Positions 58,132-64,000 of a stretch of 64,000 bases of DNA are shown in pieces. The notes under the pieces were generated by a model that made no database searches, was not told the DNA's origin, and worked only from the letters and a program-made list of their open reading frames with translations. Both the position numbers and the translations under genes were made by a program. Location: the NCBI GenBank assembly GCA_045541195.1, contig JAZQIQ010000016.1, forward strand, positions 18,264 through 82,263. Direction: 5' to 3'. The DNA is from Acetatifactor sp. GTDB taxonomy: Bacteria; Bacillota; Clostridia; Lachnospirales; Lachnospiraceae. Position 1 is the first letter of the stretch. Each line of letters opens with the position of its first letter.

Positions 58132-59070
58132 ATGGATAAAATAGCAGTATTGATTCCTTGCTATAATGAGGAGAAGACAATCGGTAAAGTTGTCAGGGAT
58201 GTTAAGGAAGCACTGCCGGAAGCAACCGTGTATGTATATGATAATAATTCAAAGGATCGTACTGTAGAGCTTGCCACGGAGGCAGGCGCTATTGTGCGCT
58301 ATGAGCATAAACAGGGCAAGGGAAACGTTATTCGTCGTATGTTTCGGGAAATAGATGCACTTTGTTATCTGATGATTGACGGAGATGATACTTACCCTCT
58401 GGATTGTGCCGGAGAGTTGGTGGACAAGGTGCTGAATTATGGTGCTGATATGGTGGTTGGAGACCGTCTTTCCTCCACATATTTTACGGAGAATAAGAGA
58501 CCGTTTCATAATTTTGGAAACAGTCTGATGCGTTTTTGTATCAATCGTTTGTTCCGTTCTGATATTCAGGATATTATGACGGGATACAGAGCATTTTCTT
58601 ATGAGTTTGTAAAGACTTTCCCTGTGATATCCAAGGGCTTTGAGATTGAGACGGAGATGAGTATTCATGCGGTAAATTACCACATGCAGGTAGAAAATGT
58701 GGTGGTACAGTATCGTGACCGTCCGGAGGGAAGCGAGTCAAAGCTGAATACCTATAGCGACGGTATGAAGGTTATTATGAAGATGCTGCAGCTTTACAAG
58801 AATTATAAGCCACTGATGTTCTTTAGCTGGATTGCACTGTTTTTGGTGGTGGTTGCGGCGATTTTATTTGCTCCTATTGTGGGAACCTATTTTGATACCG
58901 GGCTGGTGCCCAGATTCCCGACGCTGATTGTGTGTGGCTTTATTGTACTTGCGGCAATCCAGTCTTTCTTTACCGGAATGATGCTGGATGTGACGGTTGC
59001 CAAGGATCGCAGGGATTTTGAATATCGTCTGAATCGTGTGAATTCAGAAAAGAAAGCAAAGATGAATTAA
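58132..59070 (+). CDS. GT2 polyprenol-phosphate glycosyltransferase (DPM1/GtrB-like)
   Basis: VLIPCYNEE, YDNNSKD, QGKG, IDGDDTY, DIMTGYRAF, GFEIETE; two C-terminal TMs. Confidence 0.9.
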   Translation: MDKIAVLIPCYNEEKTIGKVVRDVKEALPEATVYVYDNNSKDRTVELATEAGAIVRYEHKQGKGNVIRRMFREIDALCYLMIDGDDTYPLDCAGELVDKVLNYGADMVVGDRLSSTYFTENKRPFHNFGNSLMRFCINRLFRSDIQDIMTGYRAFSYEFVKTFPVISKGFEIETEMSIHAVNYHMQVENVVVQYRDRPEGSESKLNTYSDGMKVIMKMLQLYKNYKPLMFFSWIALFLVVVAAILFAPIVGTYFDTGLVPRFPTLIVCGFIVLAAIQSFFTGMMLDVTVAKDRRDFEYRLNRVNSEKKAKMN

Positions 59071-59091
59071 ATTAGTAAAGGAGAAAACGTA

Positions 59092-60750
59092 ATGAGTAAG
59101 AAAAGTGGTTATGTGATATTTTCGGGCATTATGGTTTTCTTCTTTTTCTTTTGTTTTACCGGAGCTCATCTGGCAAAGGAAGGAAATATTCTGTGGAGTG
59201 GCAGTTATGTGGCGGTGCTTGTGGGATTATGCCTGGTCTGCGGACTAATATCCGGTGTGGCACTTACCCATGTGTTGGGACTGTTAAAGGATGAACTGCA
59301 CCTGAAAGCACGGAAGGATGCATGGAAAATCGGGCTGGTGTCATGGCTGCTGATTTTTCTTTCCTATTTTCCGGCGTATTTGGCTTACTATCCGGGAATC
59401 TGCTCTTATGACATTACCATACAGTTAGAGCAGGTGGCTTCCGGGCACTACATTGATCATCATCCTTTGGCTCACACCTTATTGGTGGAGGCATTTCTTG
59501 ATTTAGGAACCATGGTTGGGAACACGAATCTGGGAATGGGATTGTACTCGTTGCTTCAGATGATTTGCTTATCCGGTGTGATGGCGCTTGGTGTGGGAAT
59601 GTTGTATGGAAGAGGTGTGGCCTTGGGATATTTGATTCCGGTTCAGCTTCTGGGGATGTTCCTTCCGGTAAACTGGTATATGGGGATTAGCGTAACGAAG
59701 GATATTTTCTTTACGGTTTTTGTTCTTCTGATGATGTTTTCTCTTTATGCACTTCTTTCCGGTGCAGGTGCAGGGAATACTTGGAGAATCGGCAGATGGG
59801 ATCTTTTGTTTGCGGTGTCTTTGGTTGGTTTGCTTTTGTTCCGTAACAATGGAAAGTATGCGTATCTGGTGGTTCTGGTGTTTGGTGCACTGACTTGTGT
59901 ATTTGCGAAGAAGAATAAAAGACTTTTTCGAAGAGTGTGGCTCATTGGACTGACAGGATTTCTGGTGGGAAACCTATGTCTGAGCATGCTTTTTCGTGCG
60001 ACGGATGCCACTTCGGGAGATAAGAGAGAGATGCTGAGCATACCGATTCAGCAGATGGCACGTACCTATGTTTATCATGGAGGAATCGGCGTGGCAGAAG
60101 AGGACGACAATACTCTGGACGAAGCATCCAAGGAGCTTATGAATGCATTCTTTGCAAATGAAGCCTATAAAGATTATCGTCCGGATATTGCAGATCCGGT
60201 AAAGAAGCATACCCAGACTTCCGTGGCACTGCAGCGTGCGAGGGAATGGATTGGCACTTATTTAAGACTTTTAGTGAAGTATCCGGGGGATTATATCAAT
60301 GCGGTACTGGCAGTGGATGCCGGCTTTTTGTACCCGTTTGATGTAAGTCACGGAGATATTAATTATAACGGCAGAGACAGAGGACTGGGGTATATTCAGA
60401 CCCGCTGGGTGGAGAATGAGTTAAATCCCATGGGAATTTACAAGGATTCCAAGTGGGAAGGTCTGCATGAACTTTTAGAGGACTTTGCTGATACCAATGC
60501 ATATCAGGATATTCCGGTTATAAAGTATTTAATGATGCCAGGCTGTTATTTGTGGTTTTATCTGTTGTTTGCCGGATATTTGCTTTGGAAGAAGAAGTAT
60601 CGCCTGCTTTTGCCTTTAAGTTTTGTGCTGGGGTATTATATTACCTCATTGCTGGGACCTACGGTGCAGTTGCGTTACTTGTATCCGGTAATGGTATTTT
60701 TGCCTTATGCCTTACTTTTTTCTACAGGAGAACGGATTAGTGAAGAATAA
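59092..60750 (+). CDS. DUF6020-like membrane protein, probable GT-C
   Basis: YPGICSYD, HHPLAHT, KDIFF, FRNNG, EMLSIPIQQMAR, QLRYLYP. Confidence 0.65.
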   Translation: MSKKSGYVIFSGIMVFFFFFCFTGAHLAKEGNILWSGSYVAVLVGLCLVCGLISGVALTHVLGLLKDELHLKARKDAWKIGLVSWLLIFLSYFPAYLAYYPGICSYDITIQLEQVASGHYIDHHPLAHTLLVEAFLDLGTMVGNTNLGMGLYSLLQMICLSGVMALGVGMLYGRGVALGYLIPVQLLGMFLPVNWYMGISVTKDIFFTVFVLLMMFSLYALLSGAGAGNTWRIGRWDLLFAVSLVGLLLFRNNGKYAYLVVLVFGALTCVFAKKNKRLFRRVWLIGLTGFLVGNLCLSMLFRATDATSGDKREMLSIPIQQMARTYVYHGGIGVAEEDDNTLDEASKELMNAFFANEAYKDYRPDIADPVKKHTQTSVALQRAREWIGTYLRLLVKYPGDYINAVLAVDAGFLYPFDVSHGDINYNGRDRGLGYIQTRWVENELNPMGIYKDSKWEGLHELLEDFADTNAYQDIPVIKYLMMPGCYLWFYLLFAGYLLWKKKYRLLLPLSFVLGYYITSLLGPTVQLRYLYPVMVFLPYALLFSTGERISEE

Positions 60751-62410
60751 GAAGTGGTTGTATACCTTATTATTTGCATGGATATTTGTCATCGACTGGC
60801 TGTATGCTACCCAGAATGGTTATTACAGGATGGTATTTGCCAATTCGCTGGGAATTGTTATGGGCATTCTGACATTGAAGCATTATCCGTATGACAGGAC
60901 AAAATATAAAAAGCCGGACATTTTGTGGCTTGGGCTGTGGATCATAGGCAGCATTGTCGGAAGTTTTATCTGGATTCAGGTAAAAGGACCAATTAATGCT
61001 CTGCAATATCTGACTGCTGCAGTAGCGGTGGGAATTTTGGGATTTACTGTAATCCGGGTGATACTTTCAGGAGTTTGGAGACAGATTTCCCGGAAAAGAG
61101 ATGGTCTTATCGCCGTGATTTTTGGTGGAATGAGTCTGTGGATGGTGCTGTCCAGATATTATGAAATCTGGCAGTTATGGTTCTTTGGAATGTTTCTGTG
61201 CTTTTATCTTACGGATATTGCATGGGAAGAAGAGCGTGTTATGTGGGACTGTCTTTCTATCGGCTTGATTGCAGCCTTTTTCGGAATTCAGATTTGGGCA
61301 TATGGTTTCCGGCCCTATGATGAAGTCCGTTATTTGGGACCGTATAGCAATACAAATATGACGGCACTTTTTTATTTGGTGACTTATACGATGGTACTTT
61401 ATCGTATACATGTATTGCATTTTAAGATAAAGAATGGAATCGCTTCTGAGAAGAAGTGGGTGAATCGATTATGGAAAGTATTCTATTATGTGCTTGCAGG
61501 AGGCTTGGTAAGCTTTATATTCTTTACCATCTGCCGTACTGCACTTTTGGTACTGATGGGACTGACTTTCTTATTCGGATTGATTTCCAATCTGTGGTTG
61601 CTGAAGGAAAAGTGGTATCGCTTACTGATGCGTTGGGTGGCATTGGTACTATGCGCAGTAGTTACATTTCCTTGCGTGTATGGTACCATACGTTATTTGC
61701 CCTGTATTCTGCACAGACCGGTTTGGTTTGGGTCGGAATACCGCATTGAGAAGGTGCATTCTTTTGATGAGTGGGATTCCTGGAAATATGTTTCCCTGGA
61801 AGAGTTTTTGGAAACGGCTGTAGGAAGAATTAATTATGGCGGCATTTTTGATGAAGAGCCGGTGGAAGCTGAGATTTCAGCAGCTGTGATGCCGGAGGAG
61901 GTTTCTGTTGTGGCAGAGGAAGTATCAGCAGCAGTGGTGCAAGAAGTACCGGAGGTTTTGCTGGAACGGGAAGGTACAGAAACTGCTGTGGTGCAGGAGG
62001 ATGACGGGCTCCTTAGGGGAGATGACGCTTTGGACTCCGGTAAAATCCGGCTTAAGATTTGGAAGCATTATCTGGAAGATTTAAATATGATGGGGCATAC
62101 CGTTTCCGAAGGATATTACCAGATTACAGAGGACTTCCATGCATGGCATGCACAGAATATCTTTATTCAGATGCTTTATACTTATGGTATTCCGGCAGGG
62201 GTGATGTTTATTGTTCTGATGGTGTGGTACGGAATAAAGAGTCTGGGACTTCTTTGGAAAGCGGAGGAGCCTACGGTACTGCTTCCCGGAATGGTATATG
62301 TGGTGTTTATGGGCTTTGGCCTTTTGGAGTGTGTGTGGTATTCGGGACAGGCAATACTGATACTGATGTATCTGGTGGCCAGAAGATTGCTTAAAAAAGT
62401 GGAGAAGTAA
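60740..62410 (+). CDS. O-antigen ligase/polymerase-like (WaaL/Wzy) membrane protein
   Basis: GPYSNTN, TICRTA, SGKIRLKIW, HAQNIFIQMLYTYGIPAG; GTG start at 60740 behind AGGAG. Confidence 0.75.
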   Translation: MKNKKWLYTLLFAWIFVIDWLYATQNGYYRMVFANSLGIVMGILTLKHYPYDRTKYKKPDILWLGLWIIGSIVGSFIWIQVKGPINALQYLTAAVAVGILGFTVIRVILSGVWRQISRKRDGLIAVIFGGMSLWMVLSRYYEIWQLWFFGMFLCFYLTDIAWEEERVMWDCLSIGLIAAFFGIQIWAYGFRPYDEVRYLGPYSNTNMTALFYLVTYTMVLYRIHVLHFKIKNGIASEKKWVNRLWKVFYYVLAGGLVSFIFFTICRTALLVLMGLTFLFGLISNLWLLKEKWYRLLMRWVALVLCAVVTFPCVYGTIRYLPCILHRPVWFGSEYRIEKVHSFDEWDSWKYVSLEEFLETAVGRINYGGIFDEEPVEAEISAAVMPEEVSVVAEEVSAAVVQEVPEVLLEREGTETAVVQEDDGLLRGDDALDSGKIRLKIWKHYLEDLNMMGHTVSEGYYQITEDFHAWHAQNIFIQMLYTYGIPAGVMFIVLMVWYGIKSLGLLWKAEEPTVLLPGMVYVVFMGFGLLECVWYSGQAILILMYLVARRLLKKVEK

Positions 62411-62413
62411 GTA

Positions 62414-63649
62414 GTGAAGCTTGACAGTAAGAAAAGTAAGTTAATAGATTATGGATTTATGGTGCTGTTTCTTGGCATTGCAGTGTTTTTTACCGGACGT
62501 CTGTTTGTGCAGCAGGCTATCCACTCCATGCAGGACTCCCCTATGTATCACAATGATATGAAGGCATATATCCTGGAGATGCAGGGATTGGACAGTGGCT
62601 ACAGTTTTCCCTATCCCATATATTTTTGGACGGGTAAAGCATTCCATTTGTTTCTAAATCCGGAAGTTTCCATGGCGATGGCACTTCTGTTGTTAAATAC
62701 CTTAAGCATGATTGTAACAGTGTTCTCGTTACGCCGGATGGCGCTGAAGTCATTACAGGAGCGATTTGGAAAGTGCCCTTATATGGCGGGGCTGCTGCTT
62801 ACGGCAGTGGCGGTGACACTTCATTTTGTATCCATGGTATTTCCACCGGAGGGAATTTATCTGCCCGGAATCAAATTCCGTTATTTGGGTGTGTTTACGC
62901 CGAATCCTTTTCATAATGCAACCTATATGGCAGCAAGGCCCTTTGCAATACTGGCATTTTTGTGGTATGTGAAGCTTCTTCCGGTTTATGAAACGGAGAA
63001 GGTGGCAGTAAAGGATTATGTACTGTTTGCGCTGTTTTTACTTTTGGCTACAATGACCAAGCCCAGCTTTACCATTGTACTGGTGGGAGCTGCAGGGCTA
63101 ATTATGTTGTATCGTATGATTCGCAGCAGATTCCGAAATTTCCGGGCTACTATTTTGCTTGGGCTTTGCTTTGTTCCTACGTTTATTGATCTGTTGTATC
63201 AGTACAGCGGAGTGTTTGTGCCTGATGAAGGAGTGGAAGGTGGAATAGGTTTTGGATTCGGAGAAATCTGGGGACTATATTGTGATAATATTCCGTTGGC
63301 ACTTGGTCTGGCAGCAGGCTTTCCGATTCTGGTGCTGTTATTGAACCTGAAGGAAATCAAAGAAAATGTGCTGTTTCGGTTTTCGTGGCAGGTCTATGGA
63401 ATGAGTCTTGCTATGGCACTGCTTATATTTGAGAAAGGTTTTCGTAAGCCGGATTTCAATTTCTCTTGGGGTTATATGTATGGTGTGTTCTTTGCTTTTT
63501 GGGGAGCACTTGTAATACTGCTTAAGACAACGGCAGACAAGAAGAGTAAATGGTGGAAAATTGCACTGCAGTGGCTGGCATATTTGTGGCATGTAGTATG
63601 TGGAATATATTATTTTTGGGGCATTGCTAACGGAGCAATGTACTATTAG
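62414..63649 (+). CDS. Uncharacterised polytopic membrane protein (possible GT-C)
   Basis: YHNDMKAY, PNPFHNATY, TKPSF, about 10 TM segments. Confidence 0.55.
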   Translation: MKLDSKKSKLIDYGFMVLFLGIAVFFTGRLFVQQAIHSMQDSPMYHNDMKAYILEMQGLDSGYSFPYPIYFWTGKAFHLFLNPEVSMAMALLLLNTLSMIVTVFSLRRMALKSLQERFGKCPYMAGLLLTAVAVTLHFVSMVFPPEGIYLPGIKFRYLGVFTPNPFHNATYMAARPFAILAFLWYVKLLPVYETEKVAVKDYVLFALFLLLATMTKPSFTIVLVGAAGLIMLYRMIRSRFRNFRATILLGLCFVPTFIDLLYQYSGVFVPDEGVEGGIGFGFGEIWGLYCDNIPLALGLAAGFPILVLLLNLKEIKENVLFRFSWQVYGMSLAMALLIFEKGFRKPDFNFSWGYMYGVFFAFWGALVILLKTTADKKSKWWKIALQWLAYLWHVVCGIYYFWGIANGAMYY

Positions 63650-63657
63650 AGGTTGGA

Positions 63658-64000
63658 ATGAAGAAATATATAGATGAAGTGGCGGGTATCTATCTGCGTC
63701 CCATAACTTATGAGGATACGGAGAATATTGTTGCGTGGAGAAATTCTGATGCTGTAAGAAAGAATTTCATTTATCAGGCACTTTTTACCAAAGAAGGGCA
63801 TGAAAACTGGATGAGGACCATGGTGGAGACCGGGAAGGTTGTGCAGATGATGATTTGCGAAATAAATGGTGACCGTCCGGTGGGCTCGGTATTTGTACGT
63901 GACATCGATAAGGTGCACAATAAGGGTGAGTACGGAATTTTTATCGGTGCTGACGGCTGTAGAGGAAGAGGCCTGGGAACTGCTGCTGCGAAGCTGATGA
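63658..64000 (+). CDS. pseH: GNAT N-acetyltransferase, PseH-like (5' part; runs off window)
   Basis: Not in the ORF track; my translation MKKYIDEVAGIYLRPITYEDTENIVAWRNSDAVRKNF...HENWM...GEYGIFIG...RGRGLGT. Confidence 0.68.
   Translation, partial: MKKYIDEVAGIYLRPITYEDTENIVAWRNSDAVRKNFIYQALFTKEGHENWMRTMVETGKVVQMMICEINGDRPVGSVFVRDIDKVHNKGEYGIFIGADGCRGRGLGTAAAKLM

Noticed and set aside
1-64000. The many 60-255 aa ORFs overlapping annotated genes on the opposite strand or other frames (e.g. 391-966, 12375-12962, 44269-45036)
   Set aside because: Fully nested in well-supported genes, no recognisable motifs or RBSs; expected antisense shadows.
1-64000. rRNA, tRNA, IS elements, prophage genes
   Set aside because: No recognisable signatures, and intergenic spaces are short and explained by promoters and terminators.

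Overview
A 64 kb cell-surface glycan and surface-protein locus from a low-GC Gram-positive bacterium (Clostridia/Lachnospiraceae-like by gene style, RBSs and sigma-A promoters; this is inference). No rRNA, tRNA, CRISPR array, transposase, integrase or reverse transcriptase was recognised. Contents: (1) an initiating sugar transferase, an epimerase, a GT2 and several GT4 glycosyltransferases, a Wzm/Wzt ABC exporter and a WbdD-like coiled-coil methyltransferase, i.e. an ABC-exported, probably methyl-capped glycan; (2) gmd-rmd-AraC-manC for a GDP-6-deoxyhexose, probably GDP-D-rhamnose; (3) an MBOAT/AlgX-like pair, an OafA-like acyltransferase and an SGNH protein; (4) about eleven GT-C-like polytopic membrane proteins, two polyprenol-phosphate GT2s, a GtrA flippase, a Wzx and a WaaL/Wzy-like protein; (5) pseB and, at the window edge, a pseH-like gene; (6) seven secreted proteins (one glucosaminidase-like, one GLUG/beta-helix, five transglutaminase-like) that all end in the same ~235 aa four-repeat DUF4214-type module. 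The same repeat motif also occurs in three cytoplasmic proteins of the glycan machinery. The leading hypothesis is an undescribed glycan-directed surface-anchoring system, analogous to SLH/SCWP or CWB2/PSII, encoded together with its ligand. Family names come from motif recognition, not from database searches.
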